Assembly: GCA_030666865.1 (NCBI GenBank)
Contig: DAOUWZ010000002.1
Location: 24,691-88,690, forward strand
Length of the DNA: 64,000 nt
Direction: 5' to 3'
Origin: a bacterium
GTDB taxonomy: Bacteria > Patescibacteriota > Patescibacteriia > S139-126
The stretch's first letter is position 1. Every line of letters begins with the position of its first letter. This document shows, in pieces, positions 8,322-17,405 of the stretch. The position numbers and the translations under genes are program-made. The notes under the pieces were generated by a model. The model was not told the origin of the DNA and made no database searches. It saw only the letters and a list, made by a program, of their open reading frames with translations.

Positions 8322-8893
8322 TATTTTTTCACGCTAAATATCTTATCAACCACAACTATCTTTGGACTATTTAAAATATTATAAATAAATTTATCCGTCA
8401 TCTGGCTTCTGGAATTGAATTCCGCTGTTGATAAAATAGTATAATTAATTTCCTGATCAAAATTCTTCTCCAATAATTTTACTATTTGCTTGAATTTATC
8501 TGACTCTATTCTGTCTCCAACAATTAAAATATCCGTCAAAGTATCTAACTGTTTGACAAACCGTCCAGTAAAAATACAATATTTAATTCCTTTGATTTTC
8601 TTGATACGATCAATTATTTTATTTTCAATTAAGCTCTGCGATTTTATAATTAAAGCTTCAATTTCAGTAAACAATAAAAAATCTTTATTAACTTGATAAA
8701 ACTTTTTTTTATCTTGATTGAAAGTAATCAAAAAATCTATATTAATCAGATTATCTAGCTCCCGCCTGACCGAATTTATCCTTTCATCAATTTCACGAGT
8801 AAGCTCCCTGACATAATATTTACTATCAGGATTTAATAAAAATTTTTTGAGCAACTTTACTCTGGTTCTTGAACTAAATAGTTGTTCAAGCAT
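8321..8893 (-). CDS. Hypothetical protein with an N-terminal winged-helix-like DNA-binding region.
   Basis: SRTRVKLLKKFLLNPDSKYYVRELTREIDERINSVRRELDNL resembles an ArsR/MarR-type wHTH. The C-terminal half is unassigned. The ATGA stop/start overlaps the downstream pseudouridine synthase. Confidence 0.4.
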   Translation of the reverse strand: MLEQLFSSRTRVKLLKKFLLNPDSKYYVRELTREIDERINSVRRELDNLINIDFLITFNQDKKKFYQVNKDFLLFTEIEALIIKSQSLIENKIIDRIKKIKGIKYCIFTGRFVKQLDTLTDILIVGDRIESDKFKQIVKLLEKNFDQEINYTILSTAEFNSRSQMTDKFIYNILNSPKIVVVDKIFSVKK

Positions 8894-8956
8894 AAATGTT
8901 TATATTAACGGATAATTATCTAAATAGCTTTTAATACGTATATAGTTTAATTAATA

Positions 8957-11161
8957 TTGAAATCAATGTCAATATCAGATACAATACTAATACATATGAA
9001 CAAAAATGAATATAACAATGCAATATTTCAAATAAACACGCCTAGATCTATAAATCATAGCGATTTTCAAACATTTTCTTTGGAAACAAACATAGATTTG
9101 GGTATTATTTTATTTGGCTTTGAGTCATCCCTGCCAGCAGGTACCCACAATAAAATCAAACAGCTGGCAATCGAATCAATTGATTCTTATTTTATTTCGC
9201 AAAATTTAACTAATCCGCTAGACACATTTGAATCAATGTTATCTGATTTAAATAATAAATTTTTTGATATAGTGAAAGAACAAATAAGTTGGACACGCAA
9301 AATAAACATTAGTATTGTCTTGCTACTAGATAATAAACTGCATTTTGTTAATTATGGCAACAATCACCTATTACTTATTAAACATCGATACATGGTGGAT
9401 ATGATAAAAGAAATGTCAGTCAACTTGCAAGTACCTGGAAAAAAATTATTTGATCAAATGTATTCTGGCTCAATTGAAAACTTTTTCAGATTTACCCTGT
9501 GTAACCAAGCTACATTTGATTACACCTCTTTTGAAACAACAAAAGATATATTAAGCCTACTTCCTATCCAAAACATCCAAACTCAAATAGAACAACTGAC
9601 TACTAAAACACATCGCAATCAGAACATTAGCGGAGTAATAATCCAAAAAATTAATAACGAAGTTCAAGAAAATATTTCTGAGGTCTATAAATCAGATGAA
9701 CAGCCTCAAAATTCTATAGAAAAATTAATTCAAACATCACAAAGAACAAAAAAATTATTAAAACCACAGCTATTACCAGACATCTTGCAAATATTTAAAT
9801 TTTTGAAGAAAAAAGAAAAAGAGACTATTTTGAAAGAAATGCCAGAAAAAAATTTGCCAGAAAAACCTATTTACAAAAGATTTAAATTTTCTAAACCTTC
9901 ATTTAATAAAATACCATTCAATCTTTCCAATATCTTATTGAAAGTCAAACATAAAAAAAATAAAACAATTGACATCGTAAAAAATACTCCGCAAAATTTT
10001 CTTTATCTTTGGAAAAATTTGAAAAATAAATACACTAATCTCCCTAAATCTAGTAAATATCTCCTTAATTTTGCTTTAATTCTACTGCTAGCACTTGCTA
10101 TTAATCTGGTTACTTTGGGCCTAAAACAACAAGCCAAAGAAAAGGTAGAATTTTATGATTCTTTGATTGAACAAATTACCTCAAAACATGATGAAATCCA
10201 AGCAACCATCATTTATGGAGATACAAAAAAAGCCAGGGAACTCTTGATTAATAACATGAATTTGATTGCCAAATTACCGCAGAACAATGAAGATAGGAAA
10301 AATACCTATAATATGCTTTTTGAAACTAATCAAAAATTCATGGACGAGGCTAATAAGCTTTACACTATCCCCTCCCCTTTGTTGCTAATTGACCTTAATA
10401 AATTTAATAATTCGGTTGATCCTATAAATATATCTTTAAATAAAAACTCTATCATTGCCCTGACAAATGAATCAATCATAAATATAAATATTAACACCAA
10501 AGAAATATCTGAACTCTCTTTTACTGACTTTAATATTATCAACCCTAAATATTCAATTCCTATCGATACTATAAACCTAATATATTCTGAGGACGGTAAA
10601 ATATTCAGATATGATACTATTACAAACAGCTTTGCTCCCACAAAAACTACATTTACTTATAACAATAATAAAATTTCTGACATTGGCACTTATAATAATA
10701 ATTTGTATTTATTGGATACTACCGAAAATCAAATCTGGAAAATGAATAAAGTTGGAGATAATTTTTCATCACCAAATAAATGGACTAAGGAAAAATTAGA
10801 TATCTCAAACGCAACCAGTTTTACAATTGATGGTAATATATATATATTAGAAAACAATGGCAATGTCACCAAATTAACTAGAGGTAATAAAAAAGAATTT
10901 AATTTAGAAAAAATTGAACCACCGCTTACAAATACAATCAAAATTTATTCCGAAACTGACATCCCCTACTTGTATATTTTAGATAAAAATAATAATCGTA
11001 TAATTATTTTTGATAAGCAAGGTAAATTAGTTAAACAATACAAATCAGATAAATTCAATAACAGTAAAGATTTTGCTATAGATTATAAAGCTCAAGAAGA
11101 TAGTACTTTGGTATATATACTAGCTGAAAAAAATATTTACCAAATTGCCATTGAGGAATAG
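8957..11161 (+). CDS. Large hypothetical membrane protein of 734 aa, with a cytoplasmic N-terminal domain, a central TM helix and an extracytoplasmic C-terminal domain.
   Basis: There is a single strong hydrophobic segment (YLLNFALILLLALAINLVTLGL) near residue 370. The C-terminal half is beta-rich and low complexity (N/K/I rich). Confidence 0.45.
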   Translation: MKSMSISDTILIHMNKNEYNNAIFQINTPRSINHSDFQTFSLETNIDLGIILFGFESSLPAGTHNKIKQLAIESIDSYFISQNLTNPLDTFESMLSDLNNKFFDIVKEQISWTRKINISIVLLLDNKLHFVNYGNNHLLLIKHRYMVDMIKEMSVNLQVPGKKLFDQMYSGSIENFFRFTLCNQATFDYTSFETTKDILSLLPIQNIQTQIEQLTTKTHRNQNISGVIIQKINNEVQENISEVYKSDEQPQNSIEKLIQTSQRTKKLLKPQLLPDILQIFKFLKKKEKETILKEMPEKNLPEKPIYKRFKFSKPSFNKIPFNLSNILLKVKHKKNKTIDIVKNTPQNFLYLWKNLKNKYTNLPKSSKYLLNFALILLLALAINLVTLGLKQQAKEKVEFYDSLIEQITSKHDEIQATIIYGDTKKARELLINNMNLIAKLPQNNEDRKNTYNMLFETNQKFMDEANKLYTIPSPLLLIDLNKFNNSVDPINISLNKNSIIALTNESIINININTKEISELSFTDFNIINPKYSIPIDTINLIYSEDGKIFRYDTITNSFAPTKTTFTYNNNKISDIGTYNNNLYLLDTTENQIWKMNKVGDNFSSPNKWTKEKLDISNATSFTIDGNIYILENNGNVTKLTRGNKKEFNLEKIEPPLTNTIKIYSETDIPYLYILDKNNNRIIIFDKQGKLVKQYKSDKFNNSKDFAIDYKAQEDSTLVYILAEKNIYQIAIEE

Positions 11162-11215
11162 CATTAGTTTTTAGGTTTTAGTTGTTAGGCGATGATAATT
11201 AAATGTTTATATCAA

Positions 11216-11247
11216 AATTCCCCCCGATATTATATCCGAGGGGAATT
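11216..11247. terminator. Hairpin between convergent genes (aattcccc...ggggaatt).
   Basis: aattccccccgatattatatccgaggggaatt. The same aattcccc/ggggaatt arms recur in the terminator at 54287-54311. Confidence 0.5.
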
Positions 11248-11284
11248 TAATATTTAATACCTATTTAAATAGGTATTAAAATAC

Positions 11285-11713
11285 TTATTTCAAATTTACA
11301 CCAGCCCCAGCTTCTTCAAGTTTTTTCTTCATTTCTTCTGCTTCTTCCTTTTTAACAGCTTTTTTAATCACTGTTGGTGCTCCATCAACCATATCTTTAG
11401 CTTCTTTTAAGCCCAAAGCAGTAATTTCACGAACCGCTTTAATAGCGCCGATTTTATTATCACCAGCTGAAGTCAATTCAACATCAAATTCACTTTTTTC
11501 CTCAGCAGCTTCACCAATAGCAGCGCCTGGCACAGCCGCAATGGCTACTGGAGCTGCAGCCGAAACGCCGAACTTATCTTCTAAAATTTTAACCAGTTCA
11601 GACAAGTCAAGTACGGACATTTTCTCAATCTCTTCAATAATACTTTTAAATTTTGCTGGAACTTCTACTTTTTTTTCTTTAGCAGCTTCCTGCTCTTTTT
11701 TTTCTTCAGTCAT
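11285..11713 (-). CDS. rplL: 50S ribosomal protein L7/L12.
   Basis: It has an Ala-rich hinge and the C-terminal domain ...[49 protein letters not shown]. Confidence 0.9.
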   Translation of the reverse strand: MTEEKKEQEAAKEKKVEVPAKFKSIIEEIEKMSVLDLSELVKILEDKFGVSAAAPVAIAAVPGAAIGEAAEEKSEFDVELTSAGDNKIGAIKAVREITALGLKEAKDMVDGAPTVIKKAVKKEEAEEMKKKLEEAGAGVNLK

Positions 11714-11724
11714 ATTTATATTAA

Positions 11725-12249
11725 TTAATTCTTAGATTCTTTAATCGCGTTAAGAGTATAGACTAAATTTTTTATATTACCAGATAAAACATTAACGAAA
11801 CCAGCTATTGGCGCCTGGATAGTGCCAACAGTCTTTGCTAATAATTCTTGTCTAGATGGTAAGACAGCTAAATTTTTAATTTCCTCAGTGGTAATAAACA
11901 CTTTTCCCAGTAACCCGCCAAAAATCTGCATAGCTTCGTTATCTTTAGCAAATTTAGCCATTATCTTAGCTGGAGCAACTTCATCCTCATAACCAAAAGC
12001 AACCGTGAGGCTGCCAGAAAAATCATTAATTTTATTTTCATCTAAACCTTGTTCTTTTAAAACAAGTTTTAGCAATCGCTTCTTAGCCATTTTTAGTTCA
12101 GCACCTTCACTACGCAATCCTTTACGCAAGTCTTCGGTTTCGTTAACTGTCAAACCTTGATAAGAAGCAAAAACTGTCGCTTTAGCTTCAGTAAATTTAT
12201 CTGTTAACTCCTTAACTTCTTGTTTTTTTTGTTGTTTAGTTTTCGCCAT
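11725..12249 (-). CDS. rplJ: 50S ribosomal protein L10.
   Basis: N-terminus [55 protein letters not shown], located upstream of rplL. Confidence 0.9.
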   Translation of the reverse strand: MAKTKQQKKQEVKELTDKFTEAKATVFASYQGLTVNETEDLRKGLRSEGAELKMAKKRLLKLVLKEQGLDENKINDFSGSLTVAFGYEDEVAPAKIMAKFAKDNEAMQIFGGLLGKVFITTEEIKNLAVLPSRQELLAKTVGTIQAPIAGFVNVLSGNIKNLVYTLNAIKESKN

Positions 12250-12480
12250 AAATTATTTCTTGAATTTATTTTCCGCTATTCATTACTTATTGTTTTATGA
12301 ATCTCGGCTATCCACGCTTTGTTCCGCATCCGCGGAACTACGCGGGATTGTAACTGCTAATAAAATTTTCTGCGTTTACAACTTGAAAATTTCAAGCCAG
12401 TTACAAAAAAAAATCTGTTTACAACAGACTTCCAGTTTCTCGACCTTAACCTAAATAAAAATTTAGGATGGAAACCTCGA
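12250..12480 (-). promoter_or_regulatory. Putative rplJ leader (possible L10 autoregulatory leader) containing gttccgcatccgcggaac-type hairpins.
   Basis: A long 5' region with GC hairpins directly upstream of rplJ, where no rplK-rplA precede it. The assignment rests on position only. Confidence 0.25.
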
Positions 12481-12801
12481 TAGGCGCTCACGTGCATTAA
12501 ACCTTTTAATTCTGATGTCTTTATTTAGAAATTAGTAATTAGACATTAGAAATTCACTCAGGTGCCTATTGTCTGTGGTTCTTGTTATTTACAATAATAT
12601 ATATATTATACTATGTCAACCATTAAAATACACAGGTCAAACCTATATATAAAAATACTTGACAAAACTGACTAATTGTACTAATTTAATATAATTTACA
12701 TTAACAAAAATAACTAGACTCACTGTATAATAAATTACGTAACGACGAAATTTTCAGATTTTGAGATAAATTTTTAAAACAATTTTTGAAGTTTAGCTTA
12801 A

Positions 12802-12823
12802 GCCTTGCCTACCGGCAGGCAGG
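12802..12823. repeat. GC-rich palindromic repeat, family A copy 2 (gccttgcctaccggcaggcagg).
   Basis: It shares aagcctt...cctgcctRccggcaggcagg with the copies at 2422, 20850 and 29270. Confidence 0.7.
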
Positions 12824-12997
12824 TAAACTGAAAATATTTTTTAGAAATTTAGCCAAAATGTGTAATTGCAGTAGTAAAATTATTATGCAGTGAGTCTAAG
12901 TAATTAAATTTACCAGAAAGGGGTAAAAAAATTGTATTTTCCAAAATACTAAATGAAATTAAATTAATTATGTTTAACTAACTTTATAGGGGTTATT

Positions 12998-13996
12998 ATG
13001 AAGAAATTGGAAGAATCAAGAGTAGTGATCATTGTGGCCATTGTAGCTGTCGCTATTTTATTCGCTATGATGTTTAAAACAACAGAACAACCACAGTTAG
13101 ATCAAACAATAAGTAAAATTGACAGCCTGATCCACGAAATCCGGATTATACAACAAAACGCTATTGCCATGGAAAATGCCCGGGCAGAAACCACTATGCT
13201 TGATCGCGCCTTTACGCGCGATATGTTTAATCAAGCTGAACAGCTGAAAAATCAAACCAAGCAACCGGAAAAATTGTCGCTTTTGGATTCTAAACTAACA
13301 AACGCTATCAAAAAATGGACAGCGGATCGGAATATTGAGGTATCCGAATTTGTACCAAATGAACTGGAATTAGGGATTGAAACTAATCAATCTTACGATT
13401 CTACTGCGACTAAAACGGAAACAAAACCAAAAATGTCAAAAAAAGAAGCCACCCGGCTACTGCCCATTAAAATGACTGTATACGAAACCACAATCGATAG
13501 CATCCGCATGGTGGTTAAAGATGAAATTTCCGCAACAGCTACACAGTGGGATTTTTGCTATCAAAATAATATGTTTCAGGTGCCGGAAGTGGATAAAAAA
13601 ATGCTGAAATTTTTTCAGCGTATTCCCAGCTCACGCAATTTAGCAATTCATCTTTATTCGGATAATCTCCGATATTATTTTGAAAATAAGCACGACATAT
13701 ATTTTTTTAACAACTTCGCCGACACGACCGCTTATATCATGGATGCGCTATTTCGTTTTCATCAACAAAAAGAAAACGCGCACAAAAAGATACAGCGGGT
13801 AGCCGAACTGAGAAGGATACTATTTCAGCATCCGGAAATAGAAATGAAAATTAAAGGCTATATGGAATGGCAGGGGTCGGATGAACATTTGCAGATGCTT
13901 TTGGATAAAAATCCAGATTTCCTGACATATTTAAGTGGAATTAAACCGGATATTCCGCCATACACCATCGGCTGCACCAACACTATTTATAAATAA
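12998..13996 (+). CDS. Hypothetical membrane-anchored protein of 332 aa.
   Basis: An N-terminal TM segment (VVIIVAIVAVAILFAMMF). GC content is visibly higher than in flanking genes. Confidence 0.5.
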   Translation: MKKLEESRVVIIVAIVAVAILFAMMFKTTEQPQLDQTISKIDSLIHEIRIIQQNAIAMENARAETTMLDRAFTRDMFNQAEQLKNQTKQPEKLSLLDSKLTNAIKKWTADRNIEVSEFVPNELELGIETNQSYDSTATKTETKPKMSKKEATRLLPIKMTVYETTIDSIRMVVKDEISATATQWDFCYQNNMFQVPEVDKKMLKFFQRIPSSRNLAIHLYSDNLRYYFENKHDIYFFNNFADTTAYIMDALFRFHQQKENAHKKIQRVAELRRILFQHPEIEMKIKGYMEWQGSDEHLQMLLDKNPDFLTYLSGIKPDIPPYTIGCTNTIYK

Positions 13997-14019
13997 TAGC
14001 TCTTTCTGGAAATATATAA

Positions 14020-14041
14020 GGGGTTGCGCTTGCGCAACCCC
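14020..14041 (+). terminator. Rho-independent terminator (ggggttgcgc-tt-gcgcaacccc followed by T-rich sequence).
   Basis: A perfect 10-bp GC stem 24 nt after the stop of 12998..13996. Confidence 0.7.
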
Positions 14042-14269
14042 TTTTAAATTTATTTACACACAGGTCGACCCAGGGAACTCATGGCCGAGAGAAGAGTAGT
14101 GTGTATTATCCCCTCTATCAAGAGGGGTGCCCGAAGGGCGGGGTGTGTTATTTTCTTTAAAATAAATAAATTTTCTACCTACCACTACCTATTACACACC
14201 CCTTTAATTCCCCTCTCAAGAGGGGATTTTTGCTATTAATGTATTCTACAGTTAAAACATAATTGAGGC

Positions 14270-14350
14270 ATTCCCCTCTCCTCCTCGAGTCTGAGTCTCG
14301 GAGTCGATGACCAGAGAGGTGGCCATGAGCTTGGCGAAGCGACGGGGTGT
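14270..14350. repeat. Repeat family B copy 1, which contains ctcctcgagtctgag, the reverse complement of ctcagactcgaggag found at 54754-54768.
   Basis: An exact 15-mer is shared with the region just upstream of dnaE. The ggtcatcg/cgatgacc and aggtggcc motifs are also shared. Confidence 0.7.
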
Positions 14351-14421
14351 ATTATCCCTCTTGATGTATATTAACCTAATCACTATTTATAAATATAAAC
14401 CAATAATAATATTATCCTGCT

Positions 14422-14447
14422 TTGTTACGTAGCGTGCTACGTAACAA
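14422..14447. repeat. Perfect palindrome ttgttacgtagc-gt-gctacgtaacaa. The GTTACGTAGC motif also recurs at 47194-47229.
   Basis: Read directly from the sequence. Confidence 0.7.
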
Positions 14448-14490
14448 GGTAAGTAGCAAAATTTTTGTAAACTAAATTTCTATGTTCAAA

Positions 14491-14522
14491 TCGTAGGGTA
14501 CACATATATGTGTACCCTACGA
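14491..14522. terminator. Hairpin tcgtagggtaca-catatatg-tgtaccctacga, the terminator for the PEGA lipoprotein gene.
   Basis: A 12-bp perfect stem. A near-identical stem (gtagggtaca/tgtaccctac) occurs at 18348-18377. Confidence 0.65.
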
Positions 14523-14596
14523 TATTATTAAATGAAAAACCTGGAACAACGTTCTGTTCCAGGCTTTCCCTCCTTTATTTTAAAATAAACTAAAAG

Positions 14597-17392
14597 TTAA
14601 AAAACATAGTTACGGATTACTCCCTTTCGGATGTAAGTCGCGGCATAGGCACAACCACCGTCACCCCAAACTTTGGCAACAACGACAATGTTTCGCTCTT
14701 CCCACTGCAAATCATTCATATAGAACGACTGGACTTCAGATTCGTCCAAAGTGAGTGGGAAACGACTATCAACTGACAATGGAAAGACCGCTATACGACC
14801 TCCCGTCGCATATTCAGACTCAAGATTGATTTCGTACTTTTTGCACGAAACCTTCCTTAGTTGATTCGGCTGACCATCATCATAGTCAACCTGCCACCAC
14901 AATTTCGGCGCATACACCGGCGGTGAGATAATAACGGGCTGTAATTCAAAGTACAATTCGTTTACTACGCCCTCAATCGCTTTAAACGCCATTACCACAG
15001 TTTGGTAACCATCAGCTTGCAGAATCACCAAATGCCAACCCGGCTCTACAGCATAATTATAAATCGGCGTAGTGCCAATTTCCATAGAATCCAAGGTTAC
15101 CGTGGCGGTGACATTGCTAGTAATATTAACCAGTGTTTCTCCGGGGCTAGATGGATCCAAATCCTTATGAACAACCATGGAATCACCAGGCACAACTGTA
15201 AAAGCAGAATGCCAGGGTTGATAACCATCAAGTTCATACGAATAAGTATGAAACCCAGGCTGCAGTTTTATCCAACCAGTATTAGTTTGATAATTCTGCA
15301 AATACCCATCAAGATACACTTTGGCGCCTGCCGGAGCTGAACTAAACCGTACCCAGGCATCCAAGGTGGGATTTATATACCCGCCTTTGACATAAACCTT
15401 GATAGTTTTATGGGTAATTCCGCCAGGCCCAGATACTTCCAGCGTATAATAATACACTCCAGAAGCTTCCTTAACTTCAGTAACAGACCCGTTAGTCGGC
15501 ACAATACCGATTCCGGAAATAACCGCACTGGTAGCGCCAGAGGAAGTCCACTGCAAAGTAAAAGGTTCGCCAGCCATAGCGGTATCAGGTCCGGTAAATA
15601 AATTAATAACAACCGGATCCGGACTGTCAATAAAATTGAAAGTCAAAGTCTTAAGTTCACCCGAATTGAGCTTCACCCAATTTTTTTGATCAACATAGCC
15701 CGTACGAGTAACCTTAATTTCTAAAACTTGATTGGCGATAATAGTAAACACGTTATCCGTATCACCGACATAGGATCCGTTGATGTAAATCTTAGATCCG
15801 CCGCCCTTATTATCCTTAATCGCCAGCTGCGCTTCATTGTCTTGTAGTTTCTCTTTAACAAAAACTGTAAGACTTTTTGAAGCTTGACCGCCGGGTCCAG
15901 ATACTTCCAATGTGTAAGCGTATTCGCCTGATGCGTATTTAACATCTGAAACGCTACCGGAAGTCGTAACTGGTCCAATACCATTAATAATAGCATTATC
16001 AGCGCCAGAAGATGCCCAGCTTAAGGTAAATACTTCATCGGCTTCTACAGTATCCGGTCCAGTGAATGATCGAATAACAACCGGATCCGGACTGTCAATA
16101 AAATTGAAAGTCAAAGTCTTTAATTCCCCGGCAGACAGTTTTACCCAATCCTTTTGATCGGCGTAACCATCACGGGTAACTTTAATTTCGTGGATCTGAT
16201 CGGCTATAACGGTAAAATAACTATTCGTATTACCAACGTAATTACCGTCAATCTCAACCCGAGATCCGCCATCTTTATTATCCATAACCGCGACTTCTGC
16301 AGTATTATCCGGTAATTTCACCAGATAAACTGTGGACAGAATAGCGGTTTGTCCGGCAGTAACGCTAAACGGAATATTTTTAGATTTATAACCGGCTTTA
16401 TGTACTGCAAGAGAATAATCACCGGCTGATAAACCATTAAAATACACCACTTCGCCATCAAGCATAACATTCACAGAATCAGCTCCAGGGTAACTATACA
16501 AAACTACCTGGTCATATCCGCCATCTACTGCCATCATAACCGAACCGGTAGATGGTGATTCTTCTGGAAAATCAAAATGAAATTTAAGTACATTTCCAGA
16601 CTGAGCAGTTTTGGTGTCCTGTATCGTCAAACCATTTTTAGAAACAGTAGCTGTGACAGTAACACCAACCTCAACTGAATCATGTGCAGACAAATCAATC
16701 GGCGTTTTACCCTGATAAGAGTAATAACCGTTAGTGACAATATAATTAACTGGATCATTATTCGTAGTAACAACCAATGGCACTTTTTCTTTTCCTGAAT
16801 CAATTTCTTTAGGAACCATTCTGACATCAAGAGCGGTCCGTCGCCCATTTATCACCTGAACTTGCCCATAAAAAGGACGATAATCCTGATGAGATAGACG
16901 CACAAAATAATCACCACCTGGTAAATAGAATTTATCAGACGAATATCCGATCGCGACTGTATCCTTGGAATCAGCATTAATAACATAGATATCGGCACCC
17001 TGCATATTCATAGTGTTAACCACAAATATGCCTTGAGTCGGATTATCAGTCAGCTTGGTTAAGGAATTTACTACGAACAACTTCTGCTTATCCGGTTCAA
17101 TCATAAACTTTTCATCCTGAGTATCATACCCAGGGGCATAAGCTTCCATATAAAATTCCTTATTAGCGGGTAATTCCCAGACAGTTGATTCACCAGAATT
17201 TAATAATTTTTCCTGCCCAGTATGAAGACGAATGGTCACTGGAATGGAAAATTTGTTTACTGCTTCCAGCTTTCCGGTTTCTCCATCTGTTACCTGCGGT
17301 CCAGCAATGTTATTCTCCTCATGAAAGGTTGTGCAAGAGGAAAACATAATCACCGCCAGCAAAACCGTTAAAATCACACAAATATTTTTCAT
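14597..17392 (-). CDS. Large secreted PEGA-domain protein of 931 aa, a probable lipoprotein or cell-surface protein with an internal ~160-aa tandem duplication.
   Basis: A signal peptide ending in a cysteine (MKNICVILTVLLAVIMFSSC). PEGA-like motifs include SSAPAGAKVYLDGY, VTRDGYADQ and VTRTGYVDQ. Two near-identical blocks (VIRSFTGPDTVEADEVFTLSWASSGA... / VINLFTGPDTAMAGEPFTLQWTSSGA...) are also repeated at the nucleotide level (15600-16080 and 16075-16560). Confidence 0.6.
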   Translation of the reverse strand: MKNICVILTVLLAVIMFSSCTTFHEENNIAGPQVTDGETGKLEAVNKFSIPVTIRLHTGQEKLLNSGESTVWELPANKEFYMEAYAPGYDTQDEKFMIEPDKQKLFVVNSLTKLTDNPTQGIFVVNTMNMQGADIYVINADSKDTVAIGYSSDKFYLPGGDYFVRLSHQDYRPFYGQVQVINGRRTALDVRMVPKEIDSGKEKVPLVVTTNNDPVNYIVTNGYYSYQGKTPIDLSAHDSVEVGVTVTATVSKNGLTIQDTKTAQSGNVLKFHFDFPEESPSTGSVMMAVDGGYDQVVLYSYPGADSVNVMLDGEVVYFNGLSAGDYSLAVHKAGYKSKNIPFSVTAGQTAILSTVYLVKLPDNTAEVAVMDNKDGGSRVEIDGNYVGNTNSYFTVIADQIHEIKVTRDGYADQKDWVKLSAGELKTLTFNFIDSPDPVVIRSFTGPDTVEADEVFTLSWASSGADNAIINGIGPVTTSGSVSDVKYASGEYAYTLEVSGPGGQASKSLTVFVKEKLQDNEAQLAIKDNKGGGSKIYINGSYVGDTDNVFTIIANQVLEIKVTRTGYVDQKNWVKLNSGELKTLTFNFIDSPDPVVINLFTGPDTAMAGEPFTLQWTSSGATSAVISGIGIVPTNGSVTEVKEASGVYYYTLEVSGPGGITHKTIKVYVKGGYINPTLDAWVRFSSAPAGAKVYLDGYLQNYQTNTGWIKLQPGFHTYSYELDGYQPWHSAFTVVPGDSMVVHKDLDPSSPGETLVNITSNVTATVTLDSMEIGTTPIYNYAVEPGWHLVILQADGYQTVVMAFKAIEGVVNELYFELQPVIISPPVYAPKLWWQVDYDDGQPNQLRKVSCKKYEINLESEYATGGRIAVFPLSVDSRFPLTLDESEVQSFYMNDLQWEERNIVVVAKVWGDGGCAYAATYIRKGVIRNYVF

Positions 17393-17405
17393 TACATCAC
17401 TCCTT

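Noticed and set aside
10360-10941. Minus-strand ORFs 10360-10641 and 10729-10941 inside the 734-aa gene
   Set aside because: They are antisense-embedded in a longer, better-supported ORF.
14000-14596. Possibility that the structured 600-bp region encodes RNase P RNA or tmRNA
   Set aside because: There is a GACCAGAGAG segment reminiscent of the RNase P 5' end, but no GGAAAGUCCGG or ACAGAANCCGGCUUA-type conserved blocks and no tRNA-like 3' end with a tag ORF. I could not support either assignment by eye.
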